A DNA stretch of 63,875 bases, counting the filler, from Actinomycetota bacterium (GTDB taxonomy: Bacteria; Actinomycetota; Acidimicrobiia; IMCC26256; VFJJ01), in the NCBI GenBank assembly GCA_009886115.1. It is 5 parts of 5 records of this genome, joined end to end, with 100 filler letters (N's around TTAATTAATTAA, not from the genome) between each part and the next. Parts side by side here need not be neighbours in the genome. Positions count along the whole stretch, not along the records: positions 39,842 to 51,160 come from VFJJ01000159.1; positions 51,261 to 60,195 come from VFJJ01000082.1; 3 more parts are not named here. One strand, given 5' to 3'. The notes under the pieces were generated by a model. That model searched no databases and was not told where the DNA came from. It saw nothing but the letters and a program-made list of their open reading frames with translations. Positions 49,891 to 60,295 of this stretch are shown one piece after another; within the stretch, counting starts at the first letter, position 1, and each line of letters begins with the position of its first letter. The translations under genes were made by a program, and so were the position numbers.

Positions 49891-50655
49891 ATGGTGACTG
49901 CCGACGAGAGCTCCACAGCCGCGAGCATCGCCTCTCCCGATGCTCAGGCCGAGCCCGCGACCACCGATCGTCCGAGACGGCGACGCGGCGAGTCGAGCCG
50001 GACGGGATCGAGTCGCTCGAGCTCCGATCTGGTCGTGGCGCCGCACCTGCGCCGGCCGGCGGCCGAGCTGGGTCCCCGGGCCCAGCGGACGATCGATCTG
50101 ATCCTGTCCACCACCAAGGACATCCTGCTTTCGCGAGGCTACGCGGGCACGACCATCGACGAGATCACCCGAGCGGCTGGGATCTCCCGGGCTTCGTTCT
50201 ACACGTACTTCCCTTCGAAACGTGACGTGTTGTTGGCGATGGGCCTGCACGCCCATCGCGACGCGCAAGCGGTGATCGGCCGACTGGCCAAGATCGGCGA
50301 CGACTGGAGGCTCCAAGACCTCAGATGCTGGGTCTCCGAGTACTTCGCGATGCAGGACGTCCACGGGAGCTTCTCGCTGTCGTTCATCCAGGCGGCGCAA
50401 GAGGACGACGAGTTGCTCCGTGCTGGCCGTCCGAACCTGCTGAACTTGTCGCGCCGCCTCGGCCTCATCATGGATGCCCTCCGGGGCCATCCCATGGGTG
50501 ATCCGACCCAGCAGGGGATGCTGTTGTTCAGCATGCTCGATCGGATGTGGTGGATGTGGCGTCTCGACCAAGCGCCTTTTGACGAGTCCGAGTTGCTCGA
50601 CAACACGGCCCTCGCCCTCGCTGCCCTCCTCGAAGCCCCCGAGCATCACGGCTGA
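49891..50655 (+). CDS. TetR/AcrR family transcriptional regulator
   Basis: GYAGTTIDEITRAAGISRASFYTYFPSKRDV HTH. Start uncertain. Confidence 0.9.
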   Translation: MVTADESSTAASIASPDAQAEPATTDRPRRRRGESSRTGSSRSSSDLVVAPHLRRPAAELGPRAQRTIDLILSTTKDILLSRGYAGTTIDEITRAAGISRASFYTYFPSKRDVLLAMGLHAHRDAQAVIGRLAKIGDDWRLQDLRCWVSEYFAMQDVHGSFSLSFIQAAQEDDELLRAGRPNLLNLSRRLGLIMDALRGHPMGDPTQQGMLLFSMLDRMWWMWRLDQAPFDESELLDNTALALAALLEAPEHHG

Positions 50656-50828
50656 TCGTCGGCATCCTCGTCGTCGGGGACGCGCGCTGGGACCGGCGAG
50701 ATCGGGACCTCGGTGGACGGATCGGCCGCCGCGCCAGCGTCCCCTTCGGCCACGGCCAGGAGCCGGGCCCGTTCGGCGGCTTCCTTCTTCTTCTGGGCCT
50801 CGTAGCGGAGCCCCGAGATCATGTCCAC
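50646..50828 (-). CDS. Small hypothetical protein (60 aa)
   Basis: AAGGAGG 7 nt before GTG 50828; high-GC3 codons; overlaps the end of the LLM gene. Confidence 0.45.
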   Translation of the reverse strand: MDMISGLRYEAQKKKEAAERARLLAVAEGDAGAAADPSTEVPISPVPARVPDDEDADDQP

Positions 50829-51160
50829 CGCTGGCCCTCCTTGAACATCGCCTGGTAGTCGACCCGATGCCCGCGCGCCTCGAGCTTGGGGATCACCTGC
50901 GTGCCGAGCAGCTCCAAGTTGCGGAGAACCTTCTCGTGGGGGAGATACCCGAACTGGCAGTAGCACAGGAGCTGGTCGACACCAGCCTCCTCATAGCGAA
51001 GGATCTTCTCGACGCACTCGTCGGGGGTGCCGACGATGATCATGTCCTGTTCGGTGTACCGGCCGATGTCGATGTTGCCCTCGAGCGAGGGTTTGAGCAG
51101 CGGAAAGATGAGCTCTTTCTCATCTTCTGGGAGGTGCGCAAGCTCCCATTGGAGCGTGAA
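50819..51160 (-). CDS. LLM-class flavin-dependent oxidoreductase, C-terminal part (5' lost in gap)
   Basis: IIVGTPDECVEKILRYEEAGVDQLL...LELLGTQVIP. Confidence 0.82.
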   Translation of the reverse strand, partial: FTLQWELAHLPEDEKELIFPLLKPSLEGNIDIGRYTEQDMIIVGTPDECVEKILRYEEAGVDQLLCYCQFGYLPHEKVLRNLELLGTQVIPKLEARGHRVDYQAMFKEGQRWT

Positions 51161-51260
51161 NNNNNNNNNNNNNNNNNNNNNNNNNNNNNNNNNNNNNNNN
51201 NNNNTTAATTAATTAANNNNNNNNNNNNNNNNNNNNNNNNNNNNNNNNNNNNNNNNNNNN
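51161..51260. other. Artificial contig-joining linker
   Basis: N-run + TTAATTAATTAA + N-run. Confidence 0.97.
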
Positions 51261-51280
51261 GGCCGCCGCACCACCCAGCT

Positions 51281-51331
51281 CCAAATTTGTGCAAAAAAGT
51301 GCGCCTGGCGACGATTTTTGCACAAATTTGG
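51281..51331. repeat. REP-like palindrome (17-bp perfect arms) downstream of relA
   Basis: CCAAATTTGTGCAAAAA...TTTTTGCACAAATTTGG; shares GCGACGATTT(C/T)TGCACA with 11220-11236. Confidence 0.85.
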
Positions 51332-51365
51332 GCGTGGGGCGCGGGAGTGGGGCCCCGGGGCGCGT

Positions 51366-53681
51366 TCAGGCGCCGGGCGTGCGGCCGGGGACGATGCGGT
51401 AGGCCTCGTAGACCGAGTCGATCCGCTTGATGGCGGCGACGATGGTGTTGAGATGGCCCGGGTCGGCCATCTCAAAGTCGAACTTGAGGACGGCGATCCG
51501 GTCGGACGAGGTGGTCGTGGAGCAGCCGAGGATGTTGACGTGGTAGTCGGCCATCACGTCGGCGATGTCGCGCAGCAGCCGGGAGCGGTCGAGCGCCTCG
51601 ACCTGCACCGACACGATGTAGGTGCCGCCCGAGCGCCCGTCCCACTCCACCTCGATGAGCCGGCCCTCGTGGGTGCGCAGCGACGCCGCGTTGGCACAGT
51701 CGGCCCGGTGCACCGACACGCCGCGGCCCCGGGTGACGAAGCCGATGATCTCGTCGCCCGGCACCGGCGTGCAGCAGCGCGACAGCCGCACCATCACGTC
51801 GTCGAGGCCTTCGACGTGCACGCCGACGCGCTGGTCCTTGCGGCCGGGCGACTTCCGGTTGGGATGACGGGCCGTGGTGGGGATCTGCTCCTCACCCCCA
51901 CGAAGCTCGCGCTGGAGCCGCTGAGCGATGGCCCGGGCCGACACGTGGTTCTCGGCGATGGCCACGCACAGCGCGTCGACATCGCCGTAGTTCATCTCCT
52001 TGGCGACCTGGGTCAGCATGGCCGAGCCGGCAATGCGCTGCACGGGCAGGCCCTCGCGACGCAGCTCCTTCATGAGCTCGTCGCGCCCGGTCTCCATGGC
52101 GTCTTCGCGACGTTCGCGCGAGAACCAGTGCCGGATCTTGCTCCGGGCCCGTGGAGTGACGGCGAACTTCAACCAGTCGCGACTCGGCCCCGCCCCTTCC
52201 ACCTTGGACGTGAAGATCTCGACGGCATCACCCGACTGCAGCGTGGAGTCGAGCGACACCAGCTTGCCGCTCACCCGGCTCCCGATGCACCGGTGGCCCA
52301 CCTCGGTGTGGATCGCGTAGGCGAAGTCGACCGGCGTGGCACCCGTGGGCAGGGCGATGAGATCGCCCTTGGGCGTGAAGATGAACACCTCGTCCTGTTC
52401 GAGGTCGAACTTCAGGTGCTCCATGAACTCGCCGGGGTCGGTGGTCTCCGACTGCCAGTCGACGAGGTTGCGCAGCCAACCGAGATCGGCGGTGCCCTGG
52501 TCGCGGTCCTTGTACCCGTAGTGCGCCGCGATGCCCACCTCGGCCCGCTGGTGCATCTCCCGGGTCCGGAGCTGGACCTCGACCGGCTTGCCCTGGGGCC
52601 CCACCACCGTCGTGTGCAACGACTGGTAGAGGTTGAACTTGGGCATGGCGATGTAGTCCTTGAAGCGCCCCTGGATCGGGTTCCACAGGGCGTGAATGGA
52701 CCCGAGCGCCCCGTAGCTGTCCTTCACCGAGTCGACGATGACCCGCACGCCCACGAGGTCGTGGATCTCGTCGAACTCCTTGCCCTTGACGACCATCTTC
52801 TCGTAGATCGACCAGTAGTGCTTGGGCCGGCCGGTGACCTCGGCGTCGATGTGCACCTCGGCGAGCACCTCGGAGATCTGGGCGACGACATCCTTCAGAT
52901 AGGCCCGGCCCTCGGGTGCACGGGTGGCGACCATCTGCTCGATCTCGGCGTAGCGCTTGGGGTGCATGACCGAGAAGGCCAGGTCCTCGAGCTGCCACTT
53001 GAGCTCACCCACGCCGAGGCGGTGCGCCAGCGGGGCGTACACGTCGAGGGTCTCGCGAGCGATGCGCTGCTGCTTGACCTCGGGCAGCGCGGCGATGGTG
53101 CGCAGGTTGTGGAGCCGATCGGCGAGCTTGATGAGCAGGACCCGCAGGTCCTTGGCCATGGCCACGAGCATCTTGCGCATCGTGGCGGCCTGTTGTGCCT
53201 CCTTCGAGTCGAACTGGAGGCGATCGAGCTTGGTGACCCCGTCGACGATCTCGGCGACATCCTTGCCCACCTGGGCCTCGAGGTCGCCGACGGTGAGCGG
53301 CGTGTCCTCGACGGCATCGTGAAGCAGCGCCGCCGCCAACGTGACATCGTCCATCCCCAGCCCGGCGAGGATGGTGGCCACGGCGATGGGGTGCGTCACG
53401 TACGGCTCGCCGCTCTTGCGGACCTGATCGCGATGACGATCGTCGGCGATCAGGAACGCCCGCTCGATCAGCTCGATGCTCGAGGAGGGATGGTGGCGGC
53501 GGAACACGTCGAGCAGGTGGGCGAACTCACGCTCGATCGGGGTGCGCTGCCAGGGCGCCGGGCCGATGGGCTCGGGGGCCAAGGCCTCGGCCGAGCGGCC
53601 ACCACCGTCGAGCACGACCTCGATCTCGCCTTCGGTCCCGATGCTCACCGAGGGACCCCGTCCGACCAGCACACCGTCCAC
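51366..53681 (-). CDS. relA: Bifunctional (p)ppGpp synthetase/hydrolase (long RSH)
   Basis: RKSGEPYVTHP, HD, KLADRLHN, YQSLHT, EVQLRT, TGS, CC and ACT domains. Start 53681 or 53648. Confidence 0.96.
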   Translation of the reverse strand: MDGVLVGRGPSVSIGTEGEIEVVLDGGGRSAEALAPEPIGPAPWQRTPIEREFAHLLDVFRRHHPSSSIELIERAFLIADDRHRDQVRKSGEPYVTHPIAVATILAGLGMDDVTLAAALLHDAVEDTPLTVGDLEAQVGKDVAEIVDGVTKLDRLQFDSKEAQQAATMRKMLVAMAKDLRVLLIKLADRLHNLRTIAALPEVKQQRIARETLDVYAPLAHRLGVGELKWQLEDLAFSVMHPKRYAEIEQMVATRAPEGRAYLKDVVAQISEVLAEVHIDAEVTGRPKHYWSIYEKMVVKGKEFDEIHDLVGVRVIVDSVKDSYGALGSIHALWNPIQGRFKDYIAMPKFNLYQSLHTTVVGPQGKPVEVQLRTREMHQRAEVGIAAHYGYKDRDQGTADLGWLRNLVDWQSETTDPGEFMEHLKFDLEQDEVFIFTPKGDLIALPTGATPVDFAYAIHTEVGHRCIGSRVSGKLVSLDSTLQSGDAVEIFTSKVEGAGPSRDWLKFAVTPRARSKIRHWFSRERREDAMETGRDELMKELRREGLPVQRIAGSAMLTQVAKEMNYGDVDALCVAIAENHVSARAIAQRLQRELRGGEEQIPTTARHPNRKSPGRKDQRVGVHVEGLDDVMVRLSRCCTPVPGDEIIGFVTRGRGVSVHRADCANAASLRTHEGRLIEVEWDGRSGGTYIVSVQVEALDRSRLLRDIADVMADYHVNILGCSTTTSSDRIAVLKFDFEMADPGHLNTIVAAIKRIDSVYEAYRIVPGRTPGA

Positions 53682-53760
53682 CAGGCAAGCCTAGCCCGGC
53701 CTCGGGACCCTTCCGAACGGGCCGTGTCAGGCCGCCGGAAGAGCCGTCACGAGGCCGTCA

Positions 53761-54288
53761 TCAGTAGGTGAGCAAGGCCATGGCCTCGACACCGGGGAGC
53801 CGGGCCCGGCCGCCCAGGAAGGCAAGTTCGATGAGGAACGCCAGCCCGGTCACCTCGGCGCCGAGGCGCTCGACGAGACGCACGGTCGCCGCTGCGGTGC
53901 CACCGGTGGCCAGGACGTCGTCGACCACCAGCACCCGCTCGCCGGGCCGGAGCGCATCGGCGTGGATCTCCAGGGCGTCGCTCCCGTACTCGAGGTCGTA
54001 GTCCTCTCGCACCGTGCGCCAGGGGAGCTTGCCCGGCTTGCGGACGAGCACCACACCGGCGCCGAGCCGATCGGCAACCGGGGCGGCGAGGAGGAATCCG
54101 CGCGACTCGATCCCGACGATCGTGTCGGGCCGGCGATCGCCGTCGAAGTGCTCGACGATGGCCCCGACGACCGCCCGCAGGCTGTCGGCGTGGGCGAGCA
54201 ACGGCGTGATGTCCTTGAACAGCACACCGGGCGTCGGGAAGTCGGGAATGTCGCGGATGCGGGCTCGGAGGTCGTCGGCGAGGGCCAT
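53761..54288 (-). CDS. apt: Adenine phosphoribosyltransferase
   Basis: [40 protein letters not shown]. Confidence 0.96.
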   Translation of the reverse strand: MALADDLRARIRDIPDFPTPGVLFKDITPLLAHADSLRAVVGAIVEHFDGDRRPDTIVGIESRGFLLAAPVADRLGAGVVLVRKPGKLPWRTVREDYDLEYGSDALEIHADALRPGERVLVVDDVLATGGTAAATVRLVERLGAEVTGLAFLIELAFLGGRARLPGVEAMALLTY

Positions 54289-54295
54289 CAGTCGC

Positions 54296-55444
54296 TCACG
54301 AGCGCTTGCGCCCCCGGGGCCGGGGCGGACGAGCGGCGATGGTGCCATCGGGCCGACGGACGGTCTGGCGGGGCACCATCAGGCCGTCGCCCGGTGTACC
54401 CGGCGCGGTGCGGCGGGCCTCCTTGGCCAGATCGACGGGCACACCCACGACTGCTGCGTGTGACGCCGCGGAGCCGCCACCGACGCCGGCCCGGGCCGCC
54501 CGCTCGGCGGCGCGCCTGCTCGCCGGTTCGCGCTCCTTCCACCACGCCAACGCCGGGGCGGCAACGAAGATCGACGAGTAGGTGCCCGACAACAGACCCA
54601 CGAACAGGGCCAGGCCGAAGTCGCGGATGGTCAACGCGCCAAAGATGAACGAGCCGACCACGAGGAGCGAGAGCACCGGGATCAGCGCCGACAGCGAGGT
54701 GTTGATCGACCGGAGCAGCACCTCGTTGAGCGAGCGGTTCACCGTGTCGGAGTACGTCGACTTGGAGATTGCGATGTCGGCGGTGTTCTCGCGCACCTTG
54801 TCGAACACGACGACAGTGTCGTAGAGCGAGTACCCGAGGATGGTGAGCACGGCCACGACCGTGCCCGGGCTCACCTCGAACTGCAGGATCGCGTAGACGC
54901 CGACCGTGATGACGAGGTCGTGGACCAGAGCGAGCAGCGCCGCGGCGGCCATCTTCCACTCGAAGCGCAGCGTGAGGTAGATGCTCACCGCGGCGAAGAA
55001 GATGAGCAACGCCTGGATGGCCTTGCGGGAGATCTCGTCGCCCCAGGTGGGTCCGACCTCCGACACCGACACGATGCTTTCTTCGACCCCGGCGTACGCG
55101 GCCAAGGCCGCTGCCACCTCACGCGACAGGGCCGGATCGACCTCGCGGGACTCGACGAGCAGCTCGTCACCGCCGCCGAGGATCTTCACCGTCGGCTGGT
55201 CGATGCCGGCACTCTCGGCAACGTCTCGCACCTCGCCGGCCGAGGCATCGCCGGACGCCACCTTCACCTGCCAGGCCGTGCCACCCTCGAAGTCGATGTT
55301 GAGGTTCAGGTCGCGCACCAACAGGGCCAGCAGCGATACCGCCACGGCGACGATCGAGACGATGGCAAAGGTGCGTGACCGTTGGATGATCCTGAAGCTG
55401 GTGCGGTCGTGGTAGATGTCGGAGACGGCGCTCTTGAAGGTCAT
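54296..55444 (-). CDS. secF: Protein translocase subunit SecF
   Basis: [44 protein letters not shown]. Confidence 0.95.
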   Translation of the reverse strand: MTFKSAVSDIYHDRTSFRIIQRSRTFAIVSIVAVAVSLLALLVRDLNLNIDFEGGTAWQVKVASGDASAGEVRDVAESAGIDQPTVKILGGGDELLVESREVDPALSREVAAALAAYAGVEESIVSVSEVGPTWGDEISRKAIQALLIFFAAVSIYLTLRFEWKMAAAALLALVHDLVITVGVYAILQFEVSPGTVVAVLTILGYSLYDTVVVFDKVRENTADIAISKSTYSDTVNRSLNEVLLRSINTSLSALIPVLSLLVVGSFIFGALTIRDFGLALFVGLLSGTYSSIFVAAPALAWWKEREPASRRAAERAARAGVGGGSAASHAAVVGVPVDLAKEARRTAPGTPGDGLMVPRQTVRRPDGTIAARPPRPRGRKRS

Positions 55445-57522
55445 CGGGCTTCCTCCGCGACGTCGAGGGCTCGGCTCAGGCCGAATCTTCGCGCCCCCAC
55501 CAGCTTGGGGTTGCGTGAGAGCAGCGCCACAACCGGGTACATGAAGAAGTAGGCGACGAGCAGGTCGAGCAGCGTGGCCAGACCAAGGTAGAACGCGAAG
55601 CCTCGAACCGCTCCGAGGGCCTGCCAGTAGAGGATCGCCGCGCCGAGCAGCGACACGAAGTCGGCGGCGAGGATCGTGCGCCAGGCCTTGCGGAACCCGC
55701 GATCGACCGACGATCGCACAGACGCGCCGTGTTTCAGCTCGTCCTTCAACCGCTCGAAATAGATGATGAACGAGTCGACGGCGACGCCCATCGAGACGAT
55801 GAGCCCGGTGACACCGGCCAGGGTGAGGGTGAGGCTGCGGGTCTCGCCGAGGTAGGAGATCACCGACCACACGGCCAGGCCGGTGACGATGAGACCGGCG
55901 ATGACGATGAGTCCGAGCACCCGGTAGATCGCCATCATGTAGATGACCACGATCGCCAGGCCGATGGCGCCGGCGATGAGACCGGCGTTGAGCTGGTCCT
56001 TGCCCAGGGTGGCCGAGACTTCTTGCGCCGTGAGCTCCTCGAGGCGCACGGGCAAGGCGCCGTAGCGCAGCACCAGGGCCAGGTCCTCGGCCTCGCCCTG
56101 CGAGAAGCTGCCCGAGATCTGCGTCTCACCGCCCAGGATCGCCTGGTTGATGCGCGGCGCCGACTGCACGACCCCGTCGAGGACGATCGCCACCTGCTGG
56201 CCGACGTTGGCCGAGGTGAGGGCACCCCAGGTCTGCGAGCCCTGGTCGGTGAAGCTCACGACCACCTGCCACTCGCCGCCGTTGAGCTGGGAATCGGCGC
56301 TGTCGCCGTTGATCTCGCGGCCGCTGAGCTCCGATGGCCCGAGCAGGTACGCCGACACCCCGTCCTTGTCGATGGCCACGCACGGCTGGAGCGGATCGAG
56401 GCACTCCGAGCCCGTGAGCCCGAGGGGCAGGTTCGACTCGTTGGCGGTGGTGGTGGTCGTCTCACCAGGAACGGTCGTGGTGTTCGTCGGGACCGTGGTG
56501 GCCGTGGTTGCAGCCGTCGTGCTGGCCGTCGTGGCGGTGCTGGTTGCGGTGCTGGTGGAGGTGGATGCGGCTTGGGCCAGGACCGGCATGCCGAGGGCCT
56601 CGGCCGTCGTGGCGCTCGTCGTGGCGCTCGACGTGGCCGACGTGGTCACGGTGGCGCCCGTGGTGGCCTCCGTGGCCGGGTCGGCGGGGGCGGTCGCATC
56701 GATGGCGCCGAGCGGGAGCGTGACCTCGGGAACCACGGGGAAGGTCGTCGTCGACGCGGCCGCGTCCGCGGCCGCGTCGCACGATGCCGGAGGGGCCACG
56801 GTGGTGGTCGTGATCGGCGCCGGTGCCGTCGACACCGTGGTCGTGCTCTCGCCCGTGGCGGGCACCGCCGGCGTGGTGGTCGTCGAGCCCTCCGCCGCGG
56901 TGGTCGTCGACCCGGCAGCAGTGGTGGTCGTGGTGGCGTCAGCAGCTGTCGTTGTGGTCGACGCGGCCTGGGCCAACACCCGGGGCGCGCCGCCGTCGAC
57001 GGGGCCCAAGGCGGCCTCGGTGACCGTTGTGGCCGCCGGGGCCGTCGTGGCGGCCGGCGCCGTCGCGCCAGCGGTCGCGGCGGTGGTGTCGCCCGTGGCC
57101 GCCGGGGCGGCCGTCGCGGCGGTCGTGTCGCCCGTCAGGGTGGTGTCGGTGGGCTCGACCGCCGACGCGTCGGGAATCGGGAACTGCTGTTGCACGAGCC
57201 GGAACTGGAGCTCGGCGGTACGGCCGACGATGCCGCGGGCCTTCTCGCGGTCGTCGACCCCGGGGAGCTCGACGACGATGTTGCCGCCCTGGCGCAACAC
57301 GTTGGGCTCGGCCACGCCCAGGCCGTCGATCCGGTCGCGGATGATGTCGCGGGCCTGGTTCAGCGCCTCGTCGGATGCCGCCTCACACGGAGCGAGTACC
57401 ACGGCCAGCCCGCCCTTGAGGTCGAGACCCAGCTTGGGCCTCTGACCGGCCGCGAGCGTCCCGAAGAACGCGCCGAACACGACGACGAGCGAGATGACGA
57501 TCGAGAGCTTGTGACGACGCAC
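55441..57522 (-). CDS. secD: Protein translocase subunit SecD with long Thr/Ala-rich insertion
   Basis: LGLDLKGG, GVAEP, AIVLDG, LRYGALP, VSATLG, AVDSFIIYFER, VRGFA. Confidence 0.95.
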   Translation of the reverse strand: MRRHKLSIVISLVVVFGAFFGTLAAGQRPKLGLDLKGGLAVVLAPCEAASDEALNQARDIIRDRIDGLGVAEPNVLRQGGNIVVELPGVDDREKARGIVGRTAELQFRLVQQQFPIPDASAVEPTDTTLTGDTTAATAAPAATGDTTAATAGATAPAATTAPAATTVTEAALGPVDGGAPRVLAQAASTTTTAADATTTTTAAGSTTTAAEGSTTTTPAVPATGESTTTVSTAPAPITTTTVAPPASCDAAADAAASTTTFPVVPEVTLPLGAIDATAPADPATEATTGATVTTSATSSATTSATTAEALGMPVLAQAASTSTSTATSTATTASTTAATTATTVPTNTTTVPGETTTTTANESNLPLGLTGSECLDPLQPCVAIDKDGVSAYLLGPSELSGREINGDSADSQLNGGEWQVVVSFTDQGSQTWGALTSANVGQQVAIVLDGVVQSAPRINQAILGGETQISGSFSQGEAEDLALVLRYGALPVRLEELTAQEVSATLGKDQLNAGLIAGAIGLAIVVIYMMAIYRVLGLIVIAGLIVTGLAVWSVISYLGETRSLTLTLAGVTGLIVSMGVAVDSFIIYFERLKDELKHGASVRSSVDRGFRKAWRTILAADFVSLLGAAILYWQALGAVRGFAFYLGLATLLDLLVAYFFMYPVVALLSRNPKLVGARRFGLSRALDVAEEAR

Positions 57523-57542
57523 CGATGGATTCCTTCGTAGCT

Positions 57543-57812
57543 CTAGCTGGGCTCGTCGACACGACGTGCGACGGCACCGCGAGCGATCTTGATGGTGGTC
57601 TTGGGCGCGATCTCCACGTGCACCACGGTCTCGTCGATCGAGCTGACGACCCCGTAGATGCCGCTCGAAGTCATGATCTCGTCACCCACCTGCAGGCTGG
57701 CGATGAGGCTCTGCTGGGCCTGGGTCCGCCGCCGCTGGGGCCGCAGGATCATCAGTTGGAAGACCGCGATCGTGATCACCACCAGGATGACCACGCTGAC
57801 GACCTGGCTCAT
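57543..57812 (-). CDS. yajC: Preprotein translocase subunit YajC
   Basis: TM + RPQRRR, LQVGDEIMTSSGIYG; upstream of secD. Confidence 0.92.
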   Translation of the reverse strand: MSQVVSVVILVVITIAVFQLMILRPQRRRTQAQQSLIASLQVGDEIMTSSGIYGVVSSIDETVVHVEIAPKTTIKIARGAVARRVDEPS

Positions 57813-57929
57813 TGCCCCCCGTTTCGCACGACGTGTCCCGGGCGGCCGGCCCGGCGGTGGGGCCGGTTGTTCGTCGCTCGGCCCGGGGGATGTTACAACC
57901 CGGTGTCTCGCGTCCCTGTCATGGACCTG

Positions 57930-58985
57930 CTAGGCCTCGTCGGGTGCGAACATTCCGCCGACGGCGGGGCCCGGACGAGTGTCTGGCACGGGCAGGCCCA
58001 AGTGGACGTAGGCATGGACGGTCGCCACGCGACCTCGGGGCGTGCGCTGGATGAGGCCCTCCTGGAGCAGGTAGGGCTCGTACACGTCCTCGATGGTGTC
58101 GGGTTCCTCGCCGATCGAGGCCGCCAGCGTGCTCAGGCCGACGGGTGCTCCGGCGAAGGTGCGACACAGCGTGCGGAGGATGGCCCGATCGACCTTGTCG
58201 AGACCCCGCTCGTCGACCTCGTAGAGCACGAGAGCGTCGTTGGCGACGGCCTCGCTGATGGTGCCGTCTCCTTTGACCTCGGCATAGTCGCGCACCCGGC
58301 GCAGGAGTCGGTTGGCGATCCGGGGCGTGCCCCGGGAGCGGCGGGCGATCTCGTGGGCGCCGCTGTCGTCGAGGGTCGTGCCGAGGATGCGGGCCGCACG
58401 AGCCACGATGAGCAGCAGGTCGTCGACGCTGTAGTAGTCGAGGCGCTCGACGAAGCCGAACCGGTCGCGGAGCGGCCCGGTGATGAGCCCGGCCCGGGTG
58501 GTGGCCGCGACCAGGGTGAACGTGGGGACGTCGAGGCGGATCGAGTTCGCCGACGGTCCCTTGCCGATCACGATGTCGAGCTGGAAATCCTCCATCGCCG
58601 GGTACAGGACCTCCTCGACGGCCCGGGGCAGCCGGTGGATCTCGTCGATGAACAGCACGTCGCCGTCGCCCAGGTTCGTGAGGATGGCCGCCAGGTCGCC
58701 GGCCCGCTCGAGCGCCGGGCCCGAGGTGATCTTGAGGTTCGTCGACATCTCGGCCGAGATGATGCAGGCCAGCGTGGTCTTTCCCAGCCCCGGCGGACCG
58801 GCGAAGAGGAGGTGATCGGCGGCCTGACCCCGCTGACGGGCGGCCGTGAGCACGATGTCGAGCTTGGCCTTGAGCCGGTCCTGGCCCACGAACTCGGCCA
58901 GCCGGCGCGGACGCAGGGTCGGCTCGTCGAGATCGACGAGATCGTCGGGCACCGGGAGCGGGCTGAGCACCTCGTCGCGGCTCAT
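57930..58985 (-). CDS. ruvB: Holliday junction branch migration helicase RuvB
   Basis: [37 protein letters not shown]. Confidence 0.97.
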   Translation of the reverse strand: MSRDEVLSPLPVPDDLVDLDEPTLRPRRLAEFVGQDRLKAKLDIVLTAARQRGQAADHLLFAGPPGLGKTTLACIISAEMSTNLKITSGPALERAGDLAAILTNLGDGDVLFIDEIHRLPRAVEEVLYPAMEDFQLDIVIGKGPSANSIRLDVPTFTLVAATTRAGLITGPLRDRFGFVERLDYYSVDDLLLIVARAARILGTTLDDSGAHEIARRSRGTPRIANRLLRRVRDYAEVKGDGTISEAVANDALVLYEVDERGLDKVDRAILRTLCRTFAGAPVGLSTLAASIGEEPDTIEDVYEPYLLQEGLIQRTPRGRVATVHAYVHLGLPVPDTRPGPAVGGMFAPDEA

Positions 58986-59641
58986 CGGCCCACCGCGGCC
59001 AGGCGCAGGGCGTCGCGCAGCATCGCGGGCGCGCTCTGGTCGGAACCCTCTGCCACCTGGGCCATGAGAGCGCGGATCTCTTCTGGGGCATAACCGAGGT
59101 TGGCCAGCGCCTGGCGCACCTCGGCCCTGACGGTGCCCCCGGCGGTTGGACCCGCCGTGCCTGCACCGCTCGCCGAGCCCGGCGCCGACCCTCCGGCCCG
59201 GGAACCCGAAGACGCGATCGCGGTGAGGTCGACGTCGGATCCGGCCAGGCGCGACTTGAGCTCCAGCAGCAAGCGCTGCGCAGTCTTCTTGCCGACCCCG
59301 GGCACCGTCGTGAGGGCGTCGGTGTCGTCGTCGTGCAGGGTGCGGCGCAGCTCGTCGGGACCGAAGCTCGACAGGATCGCCAGCGCCAGCTTGGGTCCGA
59401 CGCCCGTGGAGCCGATCAGCACCTCGAACACGTCGCGCTCGTCTCTCGACGGGAACCCGTAGAGCGTGGTCGTCTCTTCGCGCACGTAGTGGCTCACGTG
59501 GGTGAAGACGGCATGTCCGGGGCGGTACTCACCCAGCACACGGGTGGGCACGTGCACCCGGTAGCCGACGCCGGCCACCTCGACGAGAACCTCGCCGGTG
59601 ACCGTGCGCTCGAGCACCTCGCCGCGCAGCGACCCGATCAC
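58982..59641 (-). CDS. ruvA: Holliday junction branch migration protein RuvA
   Basis: [39 protein letters not shown]. Confidence 0.96.
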   Translation of the reverse strand: MIGSLRGEVLERTVTGEVLVEVAGVGYRVHVPTRVLGEYRPGHAVFTHVSHYVREETTTLYGFPSRDERDVFEVLIGSTGVGPKLALAILSSFGPDELRRTLHDDDTDALTTVPGVGKKTAQRLLLELKSRLAGSDVDLTAIASSGSRAGGSAPGSASGAGTAGPTAGGTVRAEVRQALANLGYAPEEIRALMAQVAEGSDQSAPAMLRDALRLAAVGR

Positions 59642-60195
59642 CGGGCGCTCCTTCCCGTGCCGCGACGGCCGCCAGAGGCCACGGTGTCACGGGCCTGGGC
59701 CGCGGCGATGGCTGCGGCCAGCTTGGGCGACGCTCGACCGGGGCCCCGACCCGTGGGTGTGGCCGTCGCCCCGCTCGCGGCACCCGGGGCGCTTGCGGCG
59801 CTCGCCACCCGATCACGCAACGGCGCCATGGTGCAATGGCACAGGGCCAACGCCAGTGCGTCGGCTGCGTCGGGGGGTCGGGGCGTCTCGGCCAGGCCCA
59901 GGAGAGCCGTCACCATGGCCTGGACCTGCTCCTTGGGGGCCGCACCCCAGCCGGTGACGGCCTGCTTGACCTCGTTGGGCGTGTACTGCTCGACCCGCAA
60001 GCCCCGGCGGGCCGCCGCCGCCAGGGCCAGGCCGCTCGCCTGCCCGACCGACATCGCGGTGCGGGCGTTGTTCTGGAAGAAGACCCGCTCGACGGCAACG
60101 GCGTCGGGCCGGTGGTCGTCGAGCAGCGCGTCGAGCTCGACGGCGAGGCGGGCCAGGCGCTCGGGCAGGGCCAGCTCGACCGGCGTGCGGATCAC
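59638..60195 (-). CDS. ruvC: Crossover junction endodeoxyribonuclease RuvC (5' lost in gap)
   Basis: AVERVFF, VGQASG, VKQAVTG.G.A.KEQV, DAADALA. Confidence 0.94.
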   Translation of the reverse strand: MIRTPVELALPERLARLAVELDALLDDHRPDAVAVERVFFQNNARTAMSVGQASGLALAAAARRGLRVEQYTPNEVKQAVTGWGAAPKEQVQAMVTALLGLAETPRPPDAADALALALCHCTMAPLRDRVASAASAPGAASGATATPTGRGPGRASPKLAAAIAAAQARDTVASGGRRGTGRSAR

Positions 60196-60295
60196 NNNNN
60201 NNNNNNNNNNNNNNNNNNNNNNNNNNNNNNNNNNNNNNNTTAATTAATTAANNNNNNNNNNNNNNNNNNNNNNNNNNNNNNNNNNNNNNNNNNNN
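60196..60295. other. Artificial contig-joining linker
   Basis: N-run + TTAATTAATTAA + N-run. Confidence 0.97.

Noticed and set aside
51366..60195. ruvCAB-yajC-secDF-apt-relA cluster as unusual
   Set aside because: Canonical actinobacterial gene order.
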